Source: Vermamoeba vermiformis (Eukaryota). Taken from it: a stretch of 64,000 bases of DNA. Position numbers and translations under genes: made by a program. Location of the stretch: positions 434,001-498,000 of the forward strand of contig JBEWZL010000076.1 of NCBI GenBank assembly GCA_045837725.1, given 5' to 3'. Below the pieces are notes generated by a model that searched no databases, was not told the origin of the DNA, and saw nothing but the letters and a program-made list of their open reading frames with translations. Of this stretch, positions 1 through 12,104 are shown one piece after another (within the stretch, counting starts at the first letter, position 1; each line of letters begins with the position of its first letter).

Positions 1-1735
1 ACGTGCGCAAGTCCCACACTTTCAACTTGCGATCAGCGCCGGCAGTGACCATTGTACTAATTAGGAAATAAGTTAGTCAAGTGCTTCATGCGCGCAATAA
101 AATGGTCGAAACAAGAGCGATCAGTGGAGGGTCAGCAGGTCATTAACATCATTCAGTCAGAAATAGAACAACGCATTTTGACACAATTTCATCATTCACT
201 GAATATCTCTATCCAAATAAGGCAAGTCAAATCGTATGACTTACTATCCAGTGGGATCGACAGCGAGTGCATTGACAGGGCCTTTGTGGCACAACATCTT
301 GACGAGTGGTGTGCCCATGTTGGGACTCCACAGCGTTACAACGCCTGAGCAGCAGATTAGACGAGGATAGCCTAATAAGGAATAACTATGACGTACCTGT
401 GTGGTGACCGAGGTGCAGAATAGCATTGCGCGGGTTCTGTCGCATCACGTGACACGCGCCCATATGCGTGCGGAAATCAGCGACGATGGCACCCGTGGAT
501 GTGTCTTGGTAGTGCAAACTGCCGCTCTTGTCCTAATTAGGAAGTGTCAGAAACTATTGCAAAGCTACCGCGAGGCATTGAATAAGTGACGTACAGTGCT
601 GGCCAACAAGAAGTGATAGGGCAAGAATTCGAGTCGCAAGGGCTCAGGGTGGTTTTTGAGTCGATGGATCTCGACACCTTGCTTGTCATATATATACACA
701 AACCGCTTCTGAGCTACGGCGAACATTGTCTCGTTATGTAACATGCTGCAGTAATGTTAGTATTAATTCATTCCGAGAAAAACAAGTCTAGATCTGACGC
801 ACCAAACATCTCGGACGGTTTCGTTCAAATGCATCTCAGTCATTAATTTGCTCTTGGTGCAGTCCATCAGTGCCACGTGACCTTTTTCGCCGCCCAACAC
901 CATGTAACGGCCTGATCGCGCGTAGTCGAATGAATAGGGACCAAATTTATCGAGTGTCAAGTCGAAGATCTGGTTGTAACGATCGAGCAGTTAGCTTCAA
1001 GCAGATAAATAGTATTTAATATTAATATTGATAATTTTTACCTTGCTAGCAGCTTGCTGATCCACCGCCTCTTTAATGTCGCGTTGTTTGAATTTGTATG
1101 TGTCTTCGATCGGGCCGTCAGCTTCCAAATAACTGCGAGACAATTTTCATTAATAAGGATTTGTATATTTGTATATTTTTGAGACTTACCCAACCTCATC
1201 GGGCAACAAGATCTCCGCTCTGGCAGCTTTATCTCTCGACTCTTTATAAACCTTTTCTGCCTCTGTCAATCTCCTCTTCAATTTTTTATCTTCAATGTCC
1301 TATTAAAATTGCGGAAATTAGAGGGTATTATCATTTTGAAAACAGATCGTGATCGTGATCTGATCAGATTTACGCTCAATTTAATACTTTTCGGACGTTA
1401 ACATAATAATAAATGTATTATAACCTGTTATGCCGATCATTAAAGTTAGCCGTTATTATAATTCATTTCAAGATCGCATCGCATAAAATTATTAAAAAAA
1501 GTTAGTAAAAAGTTGTAATTAATACCTGCATCCCGGGACCACTGCCACGCGAATATTTCTTTGATTTAGCATATATTTGTTTGTTATGCTCGATTTCTGC
1601 TTTCGTCTTTGGTCGTTTCTTTTTCTTCGTCTCGTGCGAATCCTCCAATCCTCCACCAAGTTCATCGCGCTTTCGTTTCTTATTCTCATTCTTATGGGCT
1701 ACCTCAGCCATATGGCCGTTTTGTTTAGCGGACAT
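1..1735 (-). CDS. WDR46: WD-repeat protein WDR46/Utp7 (SSU processome), multi-exon, 3' end runs off the window
   Basis: Exons encode [63 protein letters not shown] and [22 protein letters not shown], which are typical of Utp7/BING4. Confidence 0.9.
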
Positions 1736-2407
1736 GATTGGTGCTTGGTTCAAGGTCAACAATTAAAATAAGATTTACTACAGAGAACAACACAGCAACT
1801 CATTGTTTACCCAATTAATTTGTTATTAATAACATTTGACGTATTCGAGGGAGCTAATCTCCTTACAGACAGCAAGGAAAGGCAAGATTTTTGTTATTGG
1901 CGATCCGTCGTCTTTTGAATTGGTTCTGTAGCTTCCATGTAATATTATTCACGTAATCAGAATAACCCTGCAATGAAGTGCGTAAATTCCCTTTTTTAAA
2001 CTCAATTTTTTAAATTGTTTACGATCCAACTGATGATTCTTTGTCCAACCAGCATGGATAATGATAAATATAGTATCTTATTCTTCGAATCATATAGCGG
2101 GAATTATCCTGGAGTTGCTTGCGCGAAAAAATCTGCGCAAAGCTTCCCTCTAAGCAGATTTACAATTGATGGTGTCGGTTGATCAAGAAGCAGCAATAAA
2201 ATATCCTACACGTGCCATATGATTAATTGATGTGTAGTGTACCTCGCCAGCACGATTTGATTTCGAGTTGTGGACCCAACGTGTCACGCGTCATATTTTG
2301 ACATGCACGCAAAACCAATGTTTTATTTGCCTTCCTGCCGCGATAGAGACCAATAGGTGGAGATATATAATGAACTGGAGGAATAATATATTATGCAAAT
2401 ATTGACC

Positions 2408-5400
2408 ATGGAGCCTGAAAAGAAAGAACAACACGAAGGCGATAAAACGGCAGACGAAGATCCAGCACCAGCTGGCCACCGCTTTGAAAAGAAAGCTATT
2501 GCATTCCCCACTTCATGTGCTTATTGCGATCACACTATTTGGACAGGATTAAAACGCTCAGCATTCCAGTGTACAAGTATGGAACGCGAATCTCAGACGA
2601 CATAATTTATACTGCAATAATTAGCGATGCTAATTGATATTGAATTATATAATCAACGTTATAATAGAGTTCATATAAGCTTTTTGGAATTTTAGAATGA
2701 AAATCCGCGTTATTGACAAGAAGGCTAATTTTTACTTTACAATTAACTATAGAATGCTTCAACGTATGGCACAAGAAATGCCTTCAATTAGGACCACTTC
2801 ATTGGGGCCCTTGCAAGGTGCCTGATTCTACGTAAGTAAATCCACACCGCAAAATACCACAGATTTACCAACGATTTTATTTTTAACCACTTGATGACCT
2901 TTAATTATTTTCCGTCATGATTTTAACAATGTACCCGTGGCAGTATTACAATTTTTCTTTCTATTTTCCGCTTGGATCGTCAGTTCGCAGCAGGGTATTA
3001 ATGACAAATATTCTTTTCAAAGCACCCCAAGCAAATCGCGCAAGAGTAACTCGAAAAAATCAGTGGCAGTAGTGAATAATAACAATATCAACTCGCTATT
3101 TGAAGCTGTAGTTAATGACGACTTAGAACAAGGTAAGATTTTATGAAGATCCACCGAGCGATTTCTCATGCATTAAAACTGCAGTTGAAACCTTATTGCG
3201 CACTGCCACCGAAGCGCACTTCAATGTCAAAGGCAAACATGGCATGACAGTGCTGCATTACGCCGTACAAAGTCCAAACGGCAAGATCTTGATGATGTTA
3301 TTAGCGGTACGTGCAACTAAGCGATGGAATTATATAATTACGCGGTAGTTAGCAATAGTTGAATACTTTAATGAAATACTCCGTCAGAATTCTAATTTAT
3401 TGAACTTGAATTTTGAAAACAAATCGCGATCTGACGGAGCTAAACGAAAAACGACGTGGTTAAAAGGGAACAGCCTCCATCAACTGCTAATATACCGCTT
3501 TATTTATTACCTATACGCACGCTGTCAGCTTTTATTGATTTTTTGATAAATACTCCGTCTTAAGTAATTCATATTAATTGCGTTTCTATTTTTAGAGGAA
3601 AGAAGCGAATGTTACCGCGACGAATGACAACTTGGACACTCCGTTGCACTATTTCTGCCAGGTATTTGCGATTTTAGACCATGGATCCATTGAAAAATTC
3701 TAATTTCCTAATTTAGAAATACACTGCACCGAACTGTACCAAACCATTCAGATTCTTCGTAGCGCGAGGAGCAAATGTTAATGCAGCCAATGGTACGTTA
3801 ATATTGTAATTTACTTGATCACAAATTCAATCGCGGTCTAAAATTGCTTTATTTGGGAATTATTAAATTCTCGCAGTAGAATTTGAGGTAATGACGCGTA
3901 CTAATACTTATTCATCAATAGTTCACGGCGAGACCCCGCTATTTAAAGCAATATTCAATGAATCAGGTAAAATCGCTTTTGAACAAAAATTATCGAGTAC
4001 ATTAGATCTGACGATAGAAAACTAATTATATTACAATAATATGCTCCTTGAATAGTCGTATTAATATTATTATCTTTAGTACGCTTACTGATGGTTCAAA
4101 TGTTGCTGGACAATGGCGCTAATGTCAACGAAATTAATATTAATGGCGACACTGCGCTGCACTACGCAGTCAGACTAGGCAGAGAAGATCTCGTCAAGGT
4201 ACCTACGTTTCATATTTATTTATTTTAAGGATTTGTTTATGGGTACATTCCCAGCTCCAGGAGCCTTTTCAACGAAAACAAAAATTTCATTCAGATCTCG
4301 GGATCATGACACTTTTGCACTGAAATTAACATACATATGCAATATAATATATTCTCAGTGCTAATATGACTCTAGGTGCTGCTGTCGTACGGAGCAGATC
4401 CAAATGTCAAAGGTCAAAACAACCAAACAGCGAGCGACATTGCCGAGGAACAAGCAGATATGTTCTTATTGGGCTATATTAAGGGCATTAGAGGTATATA
4501 TCCGTCAATGCAATGACCTTTTCATTCATTCGAGACTGGATATTCATCCACTCAATCGATTTTCAATTAAGATTGTTTTTATAATGCTGATTTAGCATGC
4601 CTATTATTACGCACTATCGTACTGCGATACTAATGTTTTTGCACGACAGATCTGGTCGTTTGGCTGAAGGCTATTGGAATGTTGAAATATCGCCGGCTAT
4701 TTATCCTGCAAGATTTAAATAAGGCAAAAATTGTGCAGATGGACGAAAAGGTCTTAATAGAACGATTCAACGTGTTGGAACAAGACGATCGTGTCGCCCT
4801 CGTGCGAGCAGTGCGCAAGTTGAAGAATCAAAAAGAAAAACTGCAGCGCGCTGACTCGTACAAAGAGATACAAAAGCTGCGACGCGGCAGCATGAGCAGT
4901 ACGTACTCGGTGATGACGATGTTTGTGCTCGTGTCGGACTAACACTGTGCATTGTAGTGGGCAGTCGCGAGAGCAATGCGGTGCAAGTGCTGCGAGATCA
5001 AATCACGGAAAAAGATATTATTCCACACGAAGAGATCGAGTACACGCGATTTGTGGCCAAAGGAGCGAGTGCCAAGGTCTACGAAGGAATTTACAGCGGT
5101 CAATTTGTCGCCATAAAAGTACTGCGTGGACGTGTGGACGAACAAAAAGTTGAAAGTTTTAGAAAAGAATTCGCCATCATGAGGTACCATGCGTTCACTT
5201 ATCATGTTAATACCTAGTAGCCGAGACCTTTTGTCAACATTATTCAACTATGTCTCTATATACTAACCCCTATTGTAGTAAAATCAACTCAGAGTTCGTG
5301 GTGAAGCTCTATGGTCTGTGTCTGGAGCCCAAACTGACCCTCGTCATGGAATTCTGTTCGCGCGGCAGTCTTTACGACATTTTGAATGACGAACTGTTTC

Positions 5401-6614
5401 CTAGTACGTACCAATGAATCAATCATTATGAGTTAATACTGACTGCATACTAGTGGGGTGGGATCTGATGTTCAAGTTTGCAATTGACATGACTCAGGGC
5501 CTCAAATCACTACATCAACACGAGCCCAAGATCTTGCATCGTGATTGGAAGTCACTGAACTTACTTGTACGTGCGAATCTTTGTTTGACACTTTGACACT
5601 TACCTACTCCTTTAGGTCACGGAAGATTGGCGCATTAAAATCTGTGACTTTGGACTGTCGCGACCCGACACGAATAGCAACAAAGACACCCTCGCCAAGC
5701 TGCGCGGCACCATGGCGTATTGCAGTCCCGAAGTGTACAACGGCGCACTGTTCAACGAGAAGTCAGACATTTACGCTATCGGCGTTGTGCTGTGGGAACT
5801 CGTCAACAGATGTGTCAAGGGCGTGTATCAGCGACCTTATTCTGAGTACCCGTTCATCGTCTACGAGTACCAAATCGTGCTCCAAGCGGCCAAAGCAGGC
5901 CTCAGACCCACCATTCCACAGTGCCCTGAGCCCTTGGCCGAGCTACTGGCCCAGTGCTGGTCACACGAGCCGAACAACCGACCTGATGCCAGTCAACTGA
6001 TTGGCTCTTTGGAGAGTTTGAAGGCCGATTATGAACTGCACACCGAAGAGTGGAACAAGTGCCTCGTGTCCAAGTCACCGCGCTCTACAATTGAGTACTT
6101 GTCCCTCAGCGACTCATCGCCTGACACTGGTGTTTCATCGTCTTCAGCCACTGCCACGACCTCGTCCAACACCACGTCAATCACGGCCTCAATCAACGGT
6201 CATTCGACTAACACCCGAGATACGGGCAGTGCTCCAGGTAGTGCCAATCACTCGCGCCAGAACAGCATTGTTTTCAAACATCGGCGGAACAACAGCAGCT
6301 CGGTGACATTTGGTAGCACCACGACCACGACTGTGCCCAACACAACGAACAACAACATCAACAGCAGCAGTTACAGCACTGCGAATACTGAGTCTCCTCG
6401 CGAGGCGTTAAATGGACGGTCATCGATCAACAGCAATTACAGCAGCATATTGAACAACAATAGCCCGCAGTACTACGCGACACCAGTGGTCGAACAAGAT
6501 CACACGATCAACACTATCATTAATACGAGTCCTGCGCGACGAAAGAAGAGTAATTCGACGATAGGTGATTACGATGAGCGGAAATTAGACAAATTGACGC
6601 TGTCGAATTCATAA
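2408..6614 (+). CDS. Tyrosine-kinase-like kinase with C1 domain, ankyrin repeats, SAM-like region and S/T/N-rich tail (ARCK-1/ArkA-like), multi-exon
   Basis: C1: HRF..PTSCAYCDHTIW..FQC..C..WHKKC. Ankyrin repeats: GMTVLHYA, LDTPLHY, GETPLFKA, GDTALHYA. Kinase: KGASAKVY, VAIK, HRDWKSLN, CDFGLSR, YCSPE, SDIYAIG. The start codon is uncertain. Confidence 0.88.
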
Positions 6615-6813
6615 CCACAACCTTCTATTTATTTGTAACTAGCTGACTCCATTGTAAAGTAAAGTAAACTCGAATTCTAAAACACACTCAACCACTGGTC
6701 AGATCTTGTCTCGAGACCACCAACTGTTTGATTCGAATTAAATATTTTACTGAATGTCAAACGAGACTATAGATACAAGAGCAACAAAAAATGAGACATT
6801 TGACATTTGGATC

Positions 6814-7808
6814 TTATTTCCTGTACCAGCTCAAAAGATTCTGTTCGCGACCGATCTTCTTTTGGAGTTGTAACAGACCGTAGAGCAGAGCTTCAGCGGT
6901 GGGTGGGCAGCCAGGGACATAGATATCGACGGGCACGATACGATCGCAACCGCGGACAACTGAATATGAGTAGTGGTAGTAACCTAAGATTGCACCAAGT
7001 TAGTGACACGATCCAGATGCGAAATTTAGGGAACAAGAAAGGACTTTTACGTCCGGTCACGCTACTTTGACTATTGTAACATGATAATTGCCAATATAAT
7101 GCTTACCTCCTCCGTTGGCGCAACTACCCATAGAAAGCACGTAACGAGGTTCAGGCATCTGATCGTAAACTTTGCGCAAAGCGGGAGCCATCTTGTTCGT
7201 CAAAGTACCGGCAACTAATTGTAATTATTTCAGTTAATATTTGTATAGTGGCGTATTGTTTGTCAGTAACAGCCAAATCTGATAATTTATTGCGCAACAA
7301 AAAAATATTATAATTTCCATATTTAATTTATATGAACGCCAATAAATTATTAATTATTACAATAATGAGAATATTGTTAAAATAAATGCTTACCAATCAT
7401 AACGTCGGATTGACGAGGGCTAGCTCTAAATACAATACCAAATCTATCCAAATCGTATTTAGCTGCAGCGCTGTGCATCATTTCTACGGCGCAGCAAGCC
7501 AAACCGAAAGTCATAGGCCACAATGAGCCCTTTCTGGCCCAGTTAACAACTGTATCTACTTTTGAGATGACATATTCAGGGACGTTAGCGACTTGATTGC
7601 GCTTCAAAAAATCGTCCAACTTTGTTAAATCAGTCTTGAGGAATGAAGGCTTCATTACAGTGCCTGCTTCTTGGCTCACTGGGGAACCAGGTTGCACGTA
7701 CGATCTGCGTTGTTGCTTTTGAGCAAACAAAGTAGCGCTTGATTTAACGAGCGTAGGCTTGTTGATGCTGAATACTGCTCGCTTAGCGACTTTAGTGACT
7801 GATTGCAT
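6814..7808 (-). CDS. NDUFS7: NADH dehydrogenase Fe-S protein 7 (PSST/Nad10) with mitochondrial presequence
   Basis: [54 protein letters not shown]. Confidence 0.96.
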
Positions 7809-8001
7809 TGTGTCCAGTTCAATTACAAAATTAAATAACTGTTTCGCGAGGGAATTTTTCTTTTTTGTTACGGAACACGTGGTGCACCTCGCGACCTGAG
7901 AAGAACAATATGATATTTGTAAGAATAATAAGGGTCAAATGTATAGTGAATAAACAAGAGTATTTACATTTGTACAAGGTAATTCAAGCCCGATCTCGAT
8001 C

Positions 8002-10170
8002 TCACTTGATGTGTCCGTTGGTGCCATTGTTCTGCGCATTAGCATCACCATCTGAATGGTTCTCTGAGTTCTCGTGGCCGTTCTCGACTTCCATCTCTTC
8101 ACGACGTCGCTTAACAGCCTTTCTCTCGCGTCCCCACACGCGGATACTGCCGTCATCCGAGCCCGAGACAAACAACTGCGGATCTGCTGGACTCCACGCC
8201 ACACAGTTCACGCAGCCAGTGTGACCACTCAACTTGGTCAGTAGTGCGCCACTCTGTCGGTGCCACAAGTAGATCAACGAGTCTAGAGTAGGGTTAGTCA
8301 CGACGCCTAGTACACATATTCACTGCTCTAAACTCACCTTCAGACCCGGACACGATGAAGTTCTCGCCGACACCACCGAAGCACGCGCGAATGACGTAAG
8401 TGGTCTGTGCGAGTCCACTCACTTTGCGAATCAATTTCTGCGTGCGCGTGTCGTAGAGGTGCACACTCTGCACTTGATTGATGCCGACAAAGGGCACCGT
8501 GGTCGATGAGAACATGACCAACAGCGCAGTGTTGTCGCGTGACAGAGCGAGGGAGGTGATGGGCTTGTTCTCTTGAATCGTGTGCTGCACCCACCGCTCG
8601 TCACTCGTGCCCTCCACATCCATCGCTTGCTCTTCGCTCACCATCGCCTTCAAGTCCCAGAACTGCACGCACTTGTTCTGCGTGGCTGTCACAAGTGTGC
8701 TGTCGTCTGCTGTCACCAACAGATCGTTGATGCGCGAAGTAGTCCATTGCCGCAACAACGTGCCACTCAGAGACTGAAAAGGAAATTAAGACGTTGATGA
8801 TGTCTGAATAAGAAATACGTACATATAAGGAAATCTTGCCGTCCAGTCCTCCAATCAGGAAGCGTTGTGTCGAGTCATTGAGCCAGGCACAGCACGTGAA
8901 GGCATCTTTGCTGCTGTTCTTGATTGACACGTGACACTCACCGCTCTGCACGGACCACACTTTGACACTCGTGTCACTGCATGTCAACAAGTGCGTGTCA
9001 CTCGGACTCCACGCCACGTAGCTGATTGGCTGGTGATGATTCAACACACGTGCTGGTTTTTCTTCGTTCAGTGAATTGATTTCCCAAATAAGGCAACGTC
9101 CATCTTTGCCAGCTGACGCGAAGTGCTTTCCTTTTTTAGAAAACTGCAAATACCACACTTCATCGCGCTGATCGAGCACGTGCAATGCATGCGAAGGCAG
9201 TTCGTGTCGGTCACAGAAATGATCTTCGAAGAGATAGAGCTGCGCACTGGCCGTGTTGTGATAGACGCACTTCTTGGTCTGCAGCTCTGCGGCCTGTTTG
9301 ATCAATTGGTGCAAGCGACGGTGCGGGATCATCATCGAGGGTGGAATGTGCGCTAAATATGGCAAGTCAGTCTTTGCGATAAATGCTTGCAATGATTGAT
9401 CACGTGACTTACTGCGCAGATCGTACAGCAGTGCAGTGCGTGCTTGAGCGACGCTGCCAGGCCAATTACAGCGCCGTGCGAGTTCTTCAGTCGATCGCGT
9501 GAGTGGCAGCAGTGCTAGGGCGTGCAGTGCGTGGTGATCGGCGGCGAGTGGCGTGAGTTCTGTGCGCAGTACGTGCAGTGCGGGGGACAGCTGACTGGCC
9601 ATTAAGTGTTCGAGGTACTTTTGACGGCGCAGCAAGAAGAGCACCGCAGGTGTCGTGGAGGAGGGCAAGGAGAGCTCTTTGACGAGTGCTTCGGCCTATT
9701 AATAATACAAGTGCTGTCAGTGACGTGCTCGATCTGCACCTCTTCGCGTAACAATTTGCAATTGTTGTACGTCTTGATATTACAGATGAATAACTGGATG
9801 ATTTGTAGTAAAAAAAATGTTTTGTTCAAATTGAATAGTAATTGATAAGCGAGTTTGCAGTGTTTTGAAGGAAATTTACCGAATCCCATTTGCCTTGCAA
9901 AATTGCTTCTTTTAATTTAGTCACAATCGGCTGCTCTAATAAAATTCCACTTTCTTCTTCTAATGTCTTGGCTGCGTTTCTAATAATCAAATAAAATGAA
10001 TATTTTGAAAATAATAATATTATTTTTCAAATTGAATGCTTGACCATCACTTACGCGTATCCTAATTGCTGCAAAGAGTCGATGACGAGACGTATATAAT
10101 CTTGTTTGGGAATATTGCCGTCAATCAGCTCTTCTTCCCCGTTAATAAAATGATTTTTGGATGCACTCAT
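8002..10170 (-). CDS. WDR26: WDR26/Gid7-like LisH-CTLH-WD40 protein of the CTLH E3 complex; start approximate
   Basis: LisH YIRLVIDSLQQLGYA, CTLH LFLLRRQKYLEHL, MIPHRRLHQLIKQA..CVYHN, DEVWYLQFS, YVIRACFGG..FIVSGSED, final WD repeat GHTGCVNCVAW. Confidence 0.88.
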
Positions 10171-10391
10171 GTTGGTCTCGTCTGTCGACCCTAGCTTTGG
10201 TTTCTTTCTAGGTGGCTCTGCTATTTTGAATATATTATACGATTATTCAAAATTAAATATGGCGTCGCGGCTATTTGTTGCGATCCGCGTGAAATTGCAA
10301 AACAAACAGACAAATTTTTACTTCAGTCATTTTATTCGTCCTCAGATCCACCTCAGCTCACTCAACAGCATAATATATTAGTAAATACATT

Positions 10392-11131
10392 ATGGCGTCT
10401 ACATTTGTATTCGGACAGTGGCGCCCAACAGTCACCCAACTGTTTTTCAGATCTAAATTGTCACTAGGATTCGTCAATTTAAAGCCTGTAGTTCCTGGTA
10501 ATTATCAACTCAATTAAATGCGAAATACAAAGAATAGTTGCCTCTTGAATTTAATATTATTGATTTTTTTAATTCTGCAGATCTATCACCAATTTTCTAG
10601 CTGCATATGCTTCTGACATATTAAAATGCAATAATTACATTCGATAAAATTCTAAAGTGTATATTTAGGCCATGTACTCATTATCCCCAAGAGATTGTCA
10701 CTTCGCTACGCAGATCTGCGTCCCGATGAAGTTGCAGATCTGTGGCTCTCCGCTCAAACGTAAATCACATCGAACACATATATATGAATGCTAATATATA
10801 CAAATCAGCATTGGCAAGCGATTAGAGGCACATTACAAGTGCTCCTCGTTGACATTTGTGATCCAAGACGGACACGAGGCCGGTCAGACAGTCAATCACG
10901 TGCACGTGCATGTTATGCCGCGTAGAAAGGGCGATTTTGAGCGCAATGATGATATATATCGCGAGGTATGCACTGAATTAACTCGGATCTTGAACTTTGC
11001 GTTGCTGACCTTTTAACTAGATCGAAAAAGAACGACCTCCGCGCAGTGAATTAGAGATGGCTAAAGACGCAGCTGAATTAGCAGCATTATTTCCTGATTA
11101 TCAAAGCGAAGGTGTTGAAGAACCAAAATAA
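10392..11131 (+). CDS. FHIT: FHIT-like diadenosine triphosphate hydrolase (HIT family), multi-exon, absent from the ORF track
   Basis: Spliced product contains [18 protein letters not shown] and [33 protein letters not shown]. Confidence 0.92.
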
Positions 11132-11260
11132 AGACGAATTCGAACTTGAATCTGCTTGTACAATACAATTCTTGGTTTATTTACAAAACAAAAGACTCTT
11201 TGCTGCGATCTGACCTCGATATTCTCCTATTATATGTCTCTAGAGACATCTTTCATGCTC

Positions 11261-11878
11261 TTATTGACGTCTGTAAGGTCGGATGTGAAGTTCATCGATC
11301 TGCTGCGAGACTTGACTAGGCAAAATACCCTTGACTGTGACTGCATAACAACCCGGCACTGCTGCTTTGCCAATGTGTTGCCATTTAGCGACCCAACTGC
11401 CATTAGGGTTCATCATGGCGATCAGTCTAACGAAAACTTTTGTCAGATCTCTTTGCGGTGTAATTATTTGTTTAATGCACAAATAATCGCATATATTATT
11501 AATCGCTAAGAATGAAGAGGAGCTCGTTGAAGTTGTACAGAAAATTATTCAAAAGTGAAAAATACCAAAAAATTCAAAATTAATTATTCAACGGCTCTTG
11601 TAATATTATTCGCCTATGATTCCATCACGCAATATTATCTTCTATATTATAATAATTATTTGGCTCTACAACGACGCTTACCCTTCAAAATTCGGTGTGG
11701 TGCAGAGATCGACTTGATCCCCGTCGCCGTTCATATTCAAGAAGGTGCAATTGTCGCACCCAGCGTCCAAAAACTGGCCTTTGTCTTTGACCAGCCCACA
11801 CACCAGACACGCGCGCAGAGAACGAGTGCTCTTGGGCACTACGCTACCCTGGCCTTCACCACCGAGGTCATCCATCAT
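11261..11878 (-). CDS. SPT4: Transcription elongation factor Spt4
   Basis: LRACLVCGLVK..F...GCDNC..L, CTTPNFEGLIAMMNP..SWVAKWQ, PGCYAVTVKG. Confidence 0.95.
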
Positions 11879-12104
11879 TGTCGTGCGTGGTAATGTGTTC
11901 AACAAATAATAGAATAATAACGGGCTGTATTTGCGCGCTCGTAGAATGTGATGAAAGAGCCCTGGTGGATCTGACACAAAAAAATAAACGACAAAAAATC
12001 ATTTTAATCACAATTTAACGTCCTAATGGTCATATAAATAGAAATTATATTGTAAATTAGTAAATATTATATTATTGTCTCGAAGCGGAGCATAATCGCA
12101 GACC

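Noticed and set aside
2054-2182. 42-codon ORF upstream of the kinase
   Set aside because: Short, no motif, length compatible with chance
2201-2207. ATATCCT as an AT-AC intron donor
   Set aside because: Lies outside any supportable exon structure, and no matching branch point was found
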